A DNA stretch of 64,000 nucleotides from Candidatus Woesebacteria bacterium UBA5941 (GTDB taxonomy: Bacteria; Patescibacteriota; Microgenomatia; UBA8517): contig DJCV01000010.1 of the NCBI GenBank assembly GCA_002430735.1, positions 7,705 through 71,704 on the forward strand, read 5' to 3'. Made by a program: the position numbers and the translations under genes. A model generated the notes under the pieces. That model did not search any database. It was not told the DNA's origin and saw only the letters and a program-made list of their open reading frames with translations. Positions within the stretch are counted from its first letter, which is position 1; every line of letters begins with the position of its first letter. This document shows positions 29,200-38,802 of this stretch, in pieces.

Positions 29200-30078
29200 A
29201 TGGCCGCAAAAAAACAGACTCAACAGGGTGTAACTGTTGCAAAAAGTGATGATGGATCAATCCAAATGATGTTCACGATCGCTTGGGGTGAAATTGAAAG
29301 TGCCCAGAAAAAAGCAGTTGAAAAACTCAGTGCTGATATTACTGTCCCAGGGTTCCGTAAAGGAAAGGCTCCTATCGAAACGGCAATGGGACATATTCCG
29401 AAAGACACTGTCGTTCAGGAAATAGTTGGTGCAGTTCTTCCAGAGAAAATCTCCCAGGCTTACAAAGATCACGATATTACTCCAATTATGTATCCCAAAC
29501 TTGAGCTCATGCATGCGCATGAAGGTGAGGATTGGGAAATTCGTGCAGTAACAGCACAACTTCCACAAATTAAGCTTGGCGATTACAAAGAAAAAATCAA
29601 AGCAGCGCTCGCAACAGATAGTATTTGGACACCTGAAAAGGGAGCTGACAAACCAAAAGAAATGAGTGCAGAAGAAAAAGAAAATATTGCATTAAAAACA
29701 CTGATTGATTCAGTGGAAGTAGTGCTTCCAAATGTACTTATTGAAGAAGAGGCAAATCATAGAATTTCTGCACTTCTTGCTCGACTTGAAAAATTAGGGC
29801 TAAGTTTGGAAAATTATTTAGCTTCACAAAACAAGAAACCAGAAGACTTGAGGGCTGAGTATGCGAAAGCAGCAAGTGAATCACTGAAGGTTGAACTGAT
29901 CTTAGGAAAAATTGCTGAAGATCAAAAGATTTCCATTGACGAGAAAGAAGTTGATGCATTCGCAAAAGTAACCGAAGCTGATCCAAGACGCGCTGGTATG
30001 CCTATTACAAACGAGGAAAAAAGCACCATTCGAACATTACTTACGAAACGTAAAGCTATCGAACACCTTGTCTCATAA
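29200..30078 (+). CDS. tig: Trigger factor, short form lacking a recognisable PPIase domain
   Basis: PGFRKGKAPIE is the trigger-factor N-domain ribosome-binding signature. I prefer the ATG at 29200 to the GTG at 29185, which overlaps the terminator and the -10 box. Confidence 0.75.
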   Translation: MAAKKQTQQGVTVAKSDDGSIQMMFTIAWGEIESAQKKAVEKLSADITVPGFRKGKAPIETAMGHIPKDTVVQEIVGAVLPEKISQAYKDHDITPIMYPKLELMHAHEGEDWEIRAVTAQLPQIKLGDYKEKIKAALATDSIWTPEKGADKPKEMSAEEKENIALKTLIDSVEVVLPNVLIEEEANHRISALLARLEKLGLSLENYLASQNKKPEDLRAEYAKAASESLKVELILGKIAEDQKISIDEKEVDAFAKVTEADPRRAGMPITNEEKSTIRTLLTKRKAIEHLVS

Positions 30079-30113
30079 CGTAGTTTTTTCGTATCATACG
30101 GAAGAAACCTATT

Positions 30114-30731
30114 ATGAATCAAAAAAATAGTAAAACTCCGCTTTACAAAAATCCATTAGAAGCGCTTCGCGAAAGCGGGTCAGAGGTACTCTCCACAACA
30201 AACAATGAAGTCTTCCGTCCAATGACTGAGGAATTCATGAATCAAATCCTGGGTCGGAAGCGAAAATTCCATGGTGAGATAAAGCCTGGTGAATCAGTTG
30301 AAATGAGACAGATCTTCAATGGGAAACAAGAACAGCATGAAAAGTATCGCGATCAAGTTGTCCTTGAGCGACGTCTCTATGAAGAAGAGCGAGTGCTCGT
30401 TGAAAAAAGAACTGGGGAATTGCGATTGCAAATCGAAGCTATTCAGGTTGAAGTGACAAAACTTGCTAAAGCAACACCACGCTTGGCGAAGGAAGTTGAA
30501 GTGGCTTCATTTCAAGCACCCACAAATGTTACGATCTATGAATTATTTTTCTTGAAACATTTATTTGATTTCATTAAAAGTTTTAGAGAACACATTGAAC
30601 AAGCGCACGTCTGGCTCGCTTCCACAAATGCACGTGCACACAAGAAAAATGTATGGGGAGCAAATTATAAAAAATATGGTGCCCGGTACTTAATGTCTGG
30701 TGAGCACTATTCCGGAAGGTCTTCTGCGTAA
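30114..30731 (+). CDS. Hypothetical protein with a coiled-coil central region (205 aa)
   Basis: ORF. The charged heptad-like stretch VLERRLYEEERVLVEKRTGELRLQIEAIQVEV. Confidence 0.5.
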   Translation: MNQKNSKTPLYKNPLEALRESGSEVLSTTNNEVFRPMTEEFMNQILGRKRKFHGEIKPGESVEMRQIFNGKQEQHEKYRDQVVLERRLYEEERVLVEKRTGELRLQIEAIQVEVTKLAKATPRLAKEVEVASFQAPTNVTIYELFFLKHLFDFIKSFREHIEQAHVWLASTNARAHKKNVWGANYKKYGARYLMSGEHYSGRSSA

Positions 30732-30888
30732 AGGTTTTACTTCGTTGACAGAAAAGATGAGTTATCCTTATACTATTTTGGCATGCAGAGAAACTTCTTT
30801 ATATCTTCATTGAGTCTATACCCAGAGCACCATTAACATGATGCTCCAAGACAAACAAGAAACCCCTCCAACAAGAGGGGATTTTTAA

Positions 30889-32325
30889 TTGCCCATGTCG
30901 AAAGAACACGCACAATCTCTGTATCCATCAAACGGAAGTAAGCCTGATATTGGCGTTTTATATCACAATGTTGGATACGGAGTTCTGAGAGGATCTGATG
31001 AAGCAACTCAGCAAAGAATTCATGAATATTACGGTTCCCGCGGTGGTCATTTACCTGATGGATACGAATCAGCAGTATTAGTGCCGGATGCAGGAAACGT
31101 TGAAGTGCAAAAACAATTTGAATATCTTTCCGAGGCAATGGATAGAAATATTCGAGTAATTGATATTAGTGCATATAAAAATTTGAAAGGCAGAATTTTA
31201 TTAAATCCATATATCAATATTGATACGGTTTCACGGGATCACAGCGGCCCTGATATTGTCGTATGGGGTTTACCTCATGAACTCACAGATCGATTAAAAA
31301 ATAAAGTGCACTCCAATACTGATATACAGCGGTTATCAGAGGAGACCGATATTCCTCTTGCAATCCCAGACATGTGGATCAGTCATATTCGTGAACTCCC
31401 TGAAGTTGGACTTACCGCAGTAACTCAGATACAAGCAATGTACGATCAATACACCCCTGAATACAACCAATTTTTCGGCGTTATATTTAGAAATGGAGAA
31501 GCGGACGGAGGATATGGGAATGTTGTCATGAAACGAACAAAAGAAGGGTATTGGGATGTCTGTCCAAACGCAGGCGAAGTGTATCAATTGCAAAATATCG
31601 AGGATGCCTTGCTTTTATCTCAAAACTTTTTAAGGCAAAGCATGAATGAAGCCATTGAACCACGTGTCGTTATTAATAGACTCATTGAAAAAGAAGACTC
31701 ACCAGGAATGTCTGTCTTATTTTTAGGTGGCGAAGTGCACTCGCTTGGATGGAATGGACAGATACCCAGTAAAAGTGGTGAAGCGTGCGTGGGAACAATG
31801 AAATATGTTCCGACAAATGAATACTTGCGAAGATATCAAGATCGTCATGAAGAAGAGTCTGCATGGGCATTTGCTCAATATGTGTATGCCGTGAGTGAAG
31901 CGCAAGGGATTGACCCAACCTCTATTCATGGCATTGCAAATGTAGATATCATGATTCCAGGAAAACTTGAACAATTATTTCTCGCGCGTTCAAATCGAAA
32001 CCCTGATGTTGTATATGTTGCTGAATGCAACCCTCGCTGGACAAATTATTCCGATGCAGTCAGTTTAGTTGCATGGGTAAAGGGATTTCCACTAACAGTT
32101 GAGGGCTTTAAACAGGTCATACAGGAAGGGATTGTTGCAGTTGATAAAGTACCTCATTCTCAAAAATCCAGAGACTCCTTAAGAAACGCTGTTAAAAAAA
32201 CGAGTGCCCAAATGGGTGAAAAGGATGGAGCAATACTAAGAATGCCATCAGAAAAAACGGCGGGAATTATTTATTATGGAAATACTGACGTAGTTGAACA
32301 AAGAATACTGCAGGAAATTTCCTAA
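30889..32325 (+). CDS. ATP-grasp family ligase of unknown substrate (RimK/GshB-like fold)
   Basis: VVINRLIEKEDSPGMSVLFLGGEVHSLG parallels the RimK core LVQEYIKEA...LVVGDEVVAAI. VVYVAECNPRWTNYSD is the E-x-N-x-R catalytic loop. A Gly-rich segment GEADGGYGNVVMK lies upstream. Confidence 0.55.
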   Translation: MPMSKEHAQSLYPSNGSKPDIGVLYHNVGYGVLRGSDEATQQRIHEYYGSRGGHLPDGYESAVLVPDAGNVEVQKQFEYLSEAMDRNIRVIDISAYKNLKGRILLNPYINIDTVSRDHSGPDIVVWGLPHELTDRLKNKVHSNTDIQRLSEETDIPLAIPDMWISHIRELPEVGLTAVTQIQAMYDQYTPEYNQFFGVIFRNGEADGGYGNVVMKRTKEGYWDVCPNAGEVYQLQNIEDALLLSQNFLRQSMNEAIEPRVVINRLIEKEDSPGMSVLFLGGEVHSLGWNGQIPSKSGEACVGTMKYVPTNEYLRRYQDRHEEESAWAFAQYVYAVSEAQGIDPTSIHGIANVDIMIPGKLEQLFLARSNRNPDVVYVAECNPRWTNYSDAVSLVAWVKGFPLTVEGFKQVIQEGIVAVDKVPHSQKSRDSLRNAVKKTSAQMGEKDGAILRMPSEKTAGIIYYGNTDVVEQRILQEIS

Positions 32326-32390
32326 CAGAGATGGAAAATTTAGTAAAACTTCAAAAAACATATAAAAAGCCGTATAATCAACTTCTATCG

Positions 32391-32464
32391 GGACCCTTAG
32401 CTCAATTGGCTAGAGCGATTCATTGACGTTGAATAGGTTCTGGGTTCAAGTCCCAGGGGGTCCA
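32391..32464 (+). tRNA. tRNA-Val (anticodon GAC)
   Basis: Acceptor GGACCCT/GGGGTCC (one G-U pair), D-arm GCTC-AATTGGCTA-GAGC, anticodon stem ATTCA/TGAAT with loop TTGACGT, T-arm CTGGG-TTCAAGT-CCCAG. A TATAAT box lies at 32373-32378. Confidence 0.88.
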
Positions 32465-32501
32465 CACAGTAACTCCACCTTCGCTTCTGGAAACGATTTT
32501 A

Positions 32502-33793
32502 TTAATGAGTCCCTCTTTGAAGCAGATCTAAACTGGTGCTTTGCATAAGCGGGGAGGGGTTAATTGCTTGCAGTTTTTCTATAGTTTCAACATTTCTAAA
32601 CACAAGCGCTAGTATCGCGTCCTCTAACAGTAAATGTAGATTATACGTAAGCGTTGGTTGTGCATGTTTTATATAGCTTAAGTATGCTTTTGTTGTTTCA
32701 CCTTCAACAAAGGAAGGAATCCCAAAAGGAAGTAATTTACCATCCAAATACTTTGTTCGAGCTGATGCTTCTCCTCCGTATGGCTTAAATAATTTACCTT
32801 TACTATCAACAAAAAAGAGTGCCCCTCCTGGTGATTCAATAGTGCCACCACCGACCACTCGCGTAACTCCAATACCACTTGCACCAAGTAATAGAGTCAC
32901 TGCAATATGATCAGATGCGCCACCTTCGACGAGCACTGGCTTATCAATCTCTCCGCGCAAATTCCAAACCAGTGCAGGCCATTCAATGGCACTACCACTT
33001 CGCACGCCGGTTATACAACGACCTCCACCACCGATACCCAGATAGAGTCCATCCGCACCAGCACGGCATGCAGCAACAGCTTGCTTCACATCAATAATTT
33101 GTCCGGTAAATATCTCTATTTCATCTCCGTACTGCTTTCGCAGTGCAGTCACAGTCTCAACAGGACCAGTTCCTGGCTCTGGAGAGTACACCCTGAATGT
33201 CCTTACTCCTGCTTTAAAAAGCATTTCAGTTCTTACTAATGCCTTGGCAGGATCTGCCTCAACAGTTCCCATGATGTTTGACTTCCAGTGAGCAGTAACA
33301 CGCTCACGATCTGGGTTGTCAGATAACAACGTGTCTGCCAACTCATCAAGTATTTCAAATACTTCTCGGGCGACATCAGTCTGACGTTCACTCTGAGCTA
33401 AAACTCCATTGCGGGGAATACAAGTTAATGCATGAGATGCAGCCATCGTTGCAATTGCAAGTGATGAATTCCACACATCGGGAGAAGCGGATCCGACAAA
33501 CGGAATACGAGCATATTTACCGAGCTTCAAAAATGGCCCATGCGCGTATCGTTCAGTCCGGCTTGCACGCTCATGATCGGCTCCAACAACACTTGCCGCA
33601 AGGTCTCCTATCGAAAGGGATAATCCATTCTTTTCTGCTTGAGTAAATACGGGTGCCGCAATTTTTTTCGGTGCTATGAAAGGACGTTTTGTTGTCTCAA
33701 GAAGACTGTTTAATCGATAGGGATGATTAAATAGTTTTAAAAAGAACCACCGCATGGCAAGCGTTTCATAAATCCGAGAAATAGGAAGCATAT
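32502..33793 (-). CDS. IMP dehydrogenase / GMP reductase family protein (TIM-barrel catalytic domain)
   Basis: GLYLGIGGGGRCITG corresponds to the IMPDH GIGPGSICTT Cys loop. VLVEGGASDHIAVTLLLGASGIGVTRVVGGGTIESPGG corresponds to the IMPDH VIADGGI..GD..KA.A.GA..VM.G..LAGT.E.PG stretch. The ORF track extends to 34154, but that extension overlaps rdgB, so I prefer the internal Met at 33793. Confidence 0.65.
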
Positions 33794-34040
33794 GCACTGA
33801 CTGGTAATCAAGGTAATCAAATGGCGTTTTTAAGAGTCCTTGGCTTGGAGATACTGTTGGATGTTCCTGGCTTAAAGCAAGCCAACGGGTAAGGTATGTT
33901 TTACTTTTCTGTCTTTTCTTTAATTCAGACAGTATTTGTTTGGTACCATGATCCGGATCTCGTAAAAGACCGAAGTCTGCTCGTAGGCTTTCTAGGTTTT
34001 TGTTCTTCACGATTGAAAACAAGACCACTATACTACATTC

Positions 34041-34598
34041 ATGAAAGTGAGCAAGATATATTTTGCAACAACGAACGAAGGAAAGATTGCAGAAGCAAAA
34101 ACACTTCTTGGAATTGGGATTGAAGGGTGCGGCCTTCCCATTGATGAAATCCAATCACTGGATGCTTCAGAAGTTGCTCGAAAAAAAGCACTTGCTTACT
34201 ATGAAAAACTGCAAAAACCAATTTTAGTCGAAGACGTTTCACTCACTTTCCAAGCCTTAAATGGACTTCCCGGAACATATATTAATGACTTTTCAAAGGT
34301 ACTTGATAACAAAGGGTTGTGTCACTTAATGCGTGACGAGAAAGATCGCTGTGCAACGGCAATCACAACGCTCGTGTTTATTGATAGTGAAGGCACACCG
34401 CACGAGTTCGTGGGGGAGGTACATGGTGATATCACAAAAGAGCCAAGAGGAGAGAAAGGGTTTGGATGGGATCCCATTTTTCAGCCAAACGGATCAGATA
34501 AAACGCTTGCAGAAATGGATATCGAAGAAAAAAACACCTACTCAATGAGAGCACGTGCATTTGAAAAATTTAAAACCTGGCTTGAGACCCAGGAGTAA
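34041..34598 (+). CDS. rdgB: Non-canonical purine NTP pyrophosphatase (RdgB/Ham1, ITPase)
   Basis: IYFATTNEGKIAEAK is the N-terminal signature. Ham1 length and motifs (FGWDPIFQP). Confidence 0.85.
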   Translation: MKVSKIYFATTNEGKIAEAKTLLGIGIEGCGLPIDEIQSLDASEVARKKALAYYEKLQKPILVEDVSLTFQALNGLPGTYINDFSKVLDNKGLCHLMRDEKDRCATAITTLVFIDSEGTPHEFVGEVHGDITKEPRGEKGFGWDPIFQPNGSDKTLAEMDIEEKNTYSMRARAFEKFKTWLETQE

Positions 34599-34650
34599 TA
34601 TCGAGCGGGATTAGCCACAGACATCCTCTTCTACTATAATAGCGCTATCA

Positions 34651-34721
34651 GGGCCCCTCGTTCAGTGGTAGGACACATGGCTGGCAGTCATGGAATGAGG
34701 GTTCGATTCCCTCGGGGTCCA
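34651..34721 (+). tRNA. tRNA-Ala (anticodon GGC)
   Basis: Acceptor GGGCCCC/GGGGTCC with the G3:U70 Ala identity pair. Anticodon stem CATGG/TCATG with loop CTGGCAG. T-arm GAGGG-TTCGATT-CCCTC. A TATAAT box lies at 34635-34640. Confidence 0.88.
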
Positions 34722-34740
34722 CATAGTCCACAAAACACAC

Positions 34741-35622
34741 ATGAAAAAAGATCAAACAGCAAACACAGTACAAACCGGAACACAATCCAAAAAGGTTTCA
34801 ACATACTTCCAGCGGCTCGTTATCGTTCTAATCGCAGTTATTGCGGTGATTTGGACTATTGAACCAGTTTCTGCGGGAAGCGTTAAAGTTGTCACGCGTT
34901 TTGGGGGAGTCACCGGAAGGGTGTTGCAGCCAGGTCTTAATTTCATCATTCCGTTTGTTGAATCAACGCGCCAAATAAATACTAAGTATTTAATTTATGA
35001 AACCATGCGCGATGACGATAGACAGACTTCCGGATCAGATTACACTGATGCACCAGTGGATACGAATACCGAAGATGGACAACGGGTAAATATTTTCTAC
35101 ACAATTCGCTTTTCAGTAGATTCAACTCGAGCAACCTGGGTTACAGAACGGTTTGGAACAGAAGAAGCATTGGTCGATAAAATTGTACGAGCTGAGTCAC
35201 GAAGCGTTGCGAGGACTGTTCCCTCAAACTATACCGCTGAAGAATTATATGTTGGAACTGGGAAGGAAAAGATTGCACAACTAATTGCTGATGGAATCAA
35301 ACAAAAACTCGCTGATAACGGAATTCTGCTTGATTCAGTGCTTGTAAGAGAAGTTGATTTTAACGACCAATACACTCAGTCAATTGAGGCAAAGCAGATT
35401 GAAGCAGTAAAAGTCGAAACTGCAAAAAACATTGCAGCACGAGCAGAATTTGAAAAACAAGCCACTATCCGCGCAGCAGAAGCACAAGCTGAGGCACAAC
35501 GACTACAAAGCTTAACAATTACTGAACAATATGCACGTTTAGAGTGGATTAAACGTTGGGACGGAAAGTTACCGACATACATGACCGGGGATGCACAAAA
35601 TCTCATCCAGTTGCCAAGATAA
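34741..35622 (+). CDS. SPFH/band-7 (HflK/C-, prohibitin-like) membrane protein
   Basis: N-terminal TM helix, then VKVVTRFGGVTGRVLQPGLNFIIPFVES and a C-terminal coiled coil. Confidence 0.85.
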   Translation: MKKDQTANTVQTGTQSKKVSTYFQRLVIVLIAVIAVIWTIEPVSAGSVKVVTRFGGVTGRVLQPGLNFIIPFVESTRQINTKYLIYETMRDDDRQTSGSDYTDAPVDTNTEDGQRVNIFYTIRFSVDSTRATWVTERFGTEEALVDKIVRAESRSVARTVPSNYTAEELYVGTGKEKIAQLIADGIKQKLADNGILLDSVLVREVDFNDQYTQSIEAKQIEAVKVETAKNIAARAEFEKQATIRAAEAQAEAQRLQSLTITEQYARLEWIKRWDGKLPTYMTGDAQNLIQLPR

Positions 35623-35659
35623 ACTTCTATAACTTTTTGGTTTTTTTAAACAAAAAAAC

Positions 35660-35682
35660 TCCCGCCACATACTATGGCGGGG
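35660..35682. terminator. Bidirectional terminator hairpin between convergent genes
   Basis: cccgcca-catactatg-gcggg stem flanked by T-runs and A-runs. Confidence 0.5.
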
Positions 35683-35706
35683 TAAATATAAAAACCTAAT
35701 AGCTAC

Positions 35707-36438
35707 TTAGTTGTACTGCAATACAATAGTCGATGTTGCATTGCCGTTGGTATCTACAAATCCCTGAATGCCATGCGGCATCCAATCCTTGATTACGTCC
35801 AACGTCATGTCTGCAAAAACGTCGCGTGAGTATGGAATCCCTACGAATAAGACGGCTGCATCTTCTGAAATTGCAGTATACCCGTCGAATGTAGAAGAGA
35901 CACGCCACCCATCGGTTTCGTTCCATGAAATCGGAGCAGGTGAATGGCCTTTAATCTGTACAAGCTTATCCAGCGGCGCATCGCCATGAACAATGCCAAT
36001 GACCTGTTCATCACGAAGAATGATCACGTCATCTTCAATATTGATCAATTCTTCAGGGCAATACCGAGATAACAACCAGCTCTGTAGAAGCCCCACATCC
36101 CCGTTAAAAACTTCTTCGCCACGAACCAAACGGGTTTGTTCTTCGGCAAACCAAAATTCCTGGTTCCAGCCAGACATTTCATAGACGTACCAGGTGTTGT
36201 CCATGCTGACAATTTCAAAATAGAAGTCCTCGGTGTTAAAACAATCCTGCATGAGGCCGTAGGACATTCCGTCTTCGTCTGGCAAAGGTGAAAACCCATA
36301 CGTCAGGGTTTGATCCCGGTACTGGTAGTGGGGTGCTGCCCACTCCAAATCGATAAAAGGTTGGTCTTGCGCCGCTGCATTGAACGCCGAAATGAGGCCA
36401 AAAAACAGTCCGATTCCAAGGATAACTAACGATTTCAT
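35707..36438 (-). CDS. Secreted hypothetical protein (243 aa)
   Basis: Signal peptide MKSLVILGIGLFFGLISAFNAAAQ. No recognisable family. Confidence 0.55.
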   Translation of the reverse strand: MKSLVILGIGLFFGLISAFNAAAQDQPFIDLEWAAPHYQYRDQTLTYGFSPLPDEDGMSYGLMQDCFNTEDFYFEIVSMDNTWYVYEMSGWNQEFWFAEEQTRLVRGEEVFNGDVGLLQSWLLSRYCPEELINIEDDVIILRDEQVIGIVHGDAPLDKLVQIKGHSPAPISWNETDGWRVSSTFDGYTAISEDAAVLFVGIPYSRDVFADMTLDVIKDWMPHGIQGFVDTNGNATSTIVLQYN

Positions 36439-36564
36439 TTTTCCTCCTCCGAGGTGATTAAATGTGCTAAATGCTTAACTGATAGAAGGATTATAGCTCA
36501 AAAGCTGCCCTTGTCAACATTACAGGATACTTTGATGTGTGTTGTTTTACATATAAAACGCACT

Positions 36565-36579
36565 ATGAGATAATCTCAT
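36565..36579 (+). promoter_or_regulatory. 15-bp perfect palindrome (ATGAGATAATCTCAT) over the promoter/TSS region of gene 36605; a candidate operator
   Basis: Direct reading. It sits between a TATAAA -10-like box and the AAAGGAGG RBS. Confidence 0.35.
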
Positions 36580-36604
36580 TCCTACATCTGTAAAGGAGGC
36601 TCTT

Positions 36605-37045
36605 ATGCCATCGTTAGAAGTATTAGTAATTGGGCGGCATGTCGTTCCAGGTGATAAGAACTATGAAGCTCGGGCTAAAATCGCAGAGATGATTCTGAGC
36701 AGACCGGATCAGATCAATCTCACACAACTTGCTGACCGTGCAACATTGCAGGAGATGTCAGGGATAGACCTTGCGACTGTTGATGGATCGGTTGGCTTTT
36801 TGAAGCTAAAGCCTGACTTTGTTATATACATTGTCGATGATGTCTTCAATGTTGAATGCTTTTACCTGTTTCACCTCGCGTATTCATACTTCGAACGGAA
36901 TAAGCAACAGGGACGGATTCTGCTTATCAAAATGAGTGACGAATCACAGGAAGCAGGTTTAAGCTTGGTTGAAAAAACCATTGTTTGGCACCACCCTGAA
37001 CCGGCTGAAAAGCTCGCTCAATTCATTGATCAGATGTATCAGTAA
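36605..37045 (+). CDS. Hypothetical protein (146 aa)
   Basis: ORF preceded by AAAGGAGG. Confidence 0.5.
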   Translation: MPSLEVLVIGRHVVPGDKNYEARAKIAEMILSRPDQINLTQLADRATLQEMSGIDLATVDGSVGFLKLKPDFVIYIVDDVFNVECFYLFHLAYSYFERNKQQGRILLIKMSDESQEAGLSLVEKTIVWHHPEPAEKLAQFIDQMYQ

Positions 37046-37116
37046 AATAGTGCAGCAGGGAGTAATCACTCCCTGCTTGCACCTCATTCTAAAGCGCAGT
37101 ATTCTTAGAAATAAGC

Positions 37117-37893
37117 ATGCTACTTCAAACGTTACTTCTTTCTTCAATAGTCGTTTTTGCTCTCGTAACCACAGGATTTATCTTAGCTGTAAAGCTTAAA
37201 AATAACGGGATTGCAGATGTATTGTGGGGCATTGGGTTTATTGTTATTACGTATACAACTCTCTTTGTAAACGGCATTTATTCAATCCGACAACTCGTCG
37301 TGACAGTACTCGTACTATTCTGGGGTGTCAGGCTTGCTGCACATATCTTCATGCGAAACAAAGGAAAAAAAGAGGACTTCAGATATGCTGCATGGAGAGC
37401 ACAATGGGGGAAAGCATGGGTCATTAAAAGTTACCTCTATGTCTTTTTGTTGCAAGGATTTTTCATGCTCCTTGTAGCCCTCCCCGTATTATTCACAAAT
37501 ACATATCCTGGTCCCACGATAGGACTCCTTGACCGGATTGGGGTAGTAATGTGGCTTATTGGGTTTTATTTTGAAGCAGTGGGTGATTGGCAGCTAATGC
37601 AATTTAAGAAAAAAGCGAGCAACAAAGGACAGATTATGAATAAAGGTTTGTGGAAATACACAAGACACCCTAATTACTTTGGGGAAAGTCTCATGTGGTG
37701 GGGGATTTATGTAATAGCGCTCTCAAATATGTCCGCATGGTGGACATTTATTGGACCTCTTTTTATTACATTTTCACTGTTAAAAGTTTCAGGAGTTACA
37801 ATGCTTGAGCGTAAATACAAAGGTGACAAAGCATACCGTGAATACCAAAAAACAACATCAGCTTTCTTCCCATGGTTTCCTTCAAAATCTTGA
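37117..37893 (+). CDS. DUF1295 / steroid-5-alpha-reductase- or ICMT-like polytopic membrane protein
   Basis: The C-terminal LWKYTRHPNYFGE motif and multiple TM helices. Confidence 0.7.
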   Translation: MLLQTLLLSSIVVFALVTTGFILAVKLKNNGIADVLWGIGFIVITYTTLFVNGIYSIRQLVVTVLVLFWGVRLAAHIFMRNKGKKEDFRYAAWRAQWGKAWVIKSYLYVFLLQGFFMLLVALPVLFTNTYPGPTIGLLDRIGVVMWLIGFYFEAVGDWQLMQFKKKASNKGQIMNKGLWKYTRHPNYFGESLMWWGIYVIALSNMSAWWTFIGPLFITFSLLKVSGVTMLERKYKGDKAYREYQKTTSAFFPWFPSKS

Positions 37894-37950
37894 CCAAGCG
37901 CAGGTTATAGGGTATAATTTCGCATCGTCAATTGAGAAAGGGGCAATAAC

Positions 37951-38295
37951 ATGCCTGTTCAAAAAGTGGTCGCAGAATTGTACGGAGCACAGTTTACCCC
38001 TGATAACTTGTTGGAAATCGCTGAGGCGCTCCATTCAATGTTTTCAGGTAGCGAAATCTTTGTTGAGAAGCGTACGGGACACGTTTATTTCAGGATTGAT
38101 CCCGACGACACTCTGGTGCCATTCGATCCTGCAGTTGCCATTTTAGGGCCTGAAATGAGTATTGATGAGCTGAAGACACTTGCCCAAAAGGTGCAACAAG
38201 TCTTGTTTGTCAACCAGGTGGCTGCACAATCGCCTGCTGTCATATATATCGAAGATATGCTTGAAGAAGGTGACGCACAGGTTCCTGTGCATTAA
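37951..38295 (+). CDS. Hypothetical protein (114 aa)
   Basis: ORF followed by a strong terminator. Confidence 0.45.
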   Translation: MPVQKVVAELYGAQFTPDNLLEIAEALHSMFSGSEIFVEKRTGHVYFRIDPDDTLVPFDPAVAILGPEMSIDELKTLAQKVQQVLFVNQVAAQSPAVIYIEDMLEEGDAQVPVH

Positions 38296-38317
38296 GTAAA
38301 AGACCACCAATTGATGA

Positions 38318-38349
38318 AAGGGCACGTTTACATGCGTGCCCTTTTTTTG
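38318..38349 (+). terminator. Intrinsic terminator
   Basis: aagggcacg-tttacatg-cgtgccctt followed by TTTTT. Confidence 0.65.
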
Positions 38350-38421
38350 TTTCGTTTTTTTGAAAAAAGACCTATAGCAGCGTATACTACAATACCGACA
38401 GCTAGTGAATGGAATTCTGAA

Positions 38422-38724
38422 ATGGTTGTGACGCTGTATGGATTATCAAAGCCCGCGGAAGTTGTCATGCGAAAAGTGTTTGGGGACGACGCGACATATG
38501 AAGTGAATCCAGAGGGGATACGGTATGCAATTAAAGGTGTTCCTACAACACCAGGGATAATTGTCTCCGTCGAACCAAAGGATAAAACACCAGTAGCATT
38601 AAGTGATCTGGTTAACTTAAGTGGCGTTTTCCTGCAATATATTTTCGCGTTAGACAACGAGACACTGCCGTTTACATACGATGTAGCTTATGAAGGCAAG
38701 GTAATCGGACAACTCACTTTCTGA
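38422..38724 (+). CDS. Hypothetical small protein (about 101 aa)
   Basis: I took the first ATG downstream of the terminator; the ORF-track start at 38311 overlaps the terminator. Confidence 0.4.
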   Translation: MVVTLYGLSKPAEVVMRKVFGDDATYEVNPEGIRYAIKGVPTTPGIIVSVEPKDKTPVALSDLVNLSGVFLQYIFALDNETLPFTYDVAYEGKVIGQLTF

Positions 38725-38736
38725 TCGGTGCTTGAA

Positions 38737-38767
38737 GGGCGTGGAAATCCTCCACGCTCTTTTTTTG
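38737..38767 (+). terminator. Intrinsic terminator
   Basis: gcgtgga-aatcc-tccacgc followed by TTTTTTT. Confidence 0.6.
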
Positions 38768-38797
38768 TTGACATTTTCGAGAGGGAAGACCATAATT
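38768..38797 (+). promoter_or_regulatory. Sigma70-like promoter of the thrS leader
   Basis: TTGACA (38768-73), 17-nt spacer, CATAAT (38791-96). Confidence 0.45.
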
Positions 38798-38802
38798 TAT
38801 CT

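Noticed and set aside
33794-34154. N-terminal 120-aa extension of the IMPDH-family ORF
   Set aside because: It overlaps the convergently transcribed rdgB start and has no homology, so I prefer the internal Met at 33793.
34665-34862. 65-aa plus-strand ORF from the track
   Set aside because: It overlaps tRNA-Ala and the start of the SPFH gene in another frame, so it is spurious.
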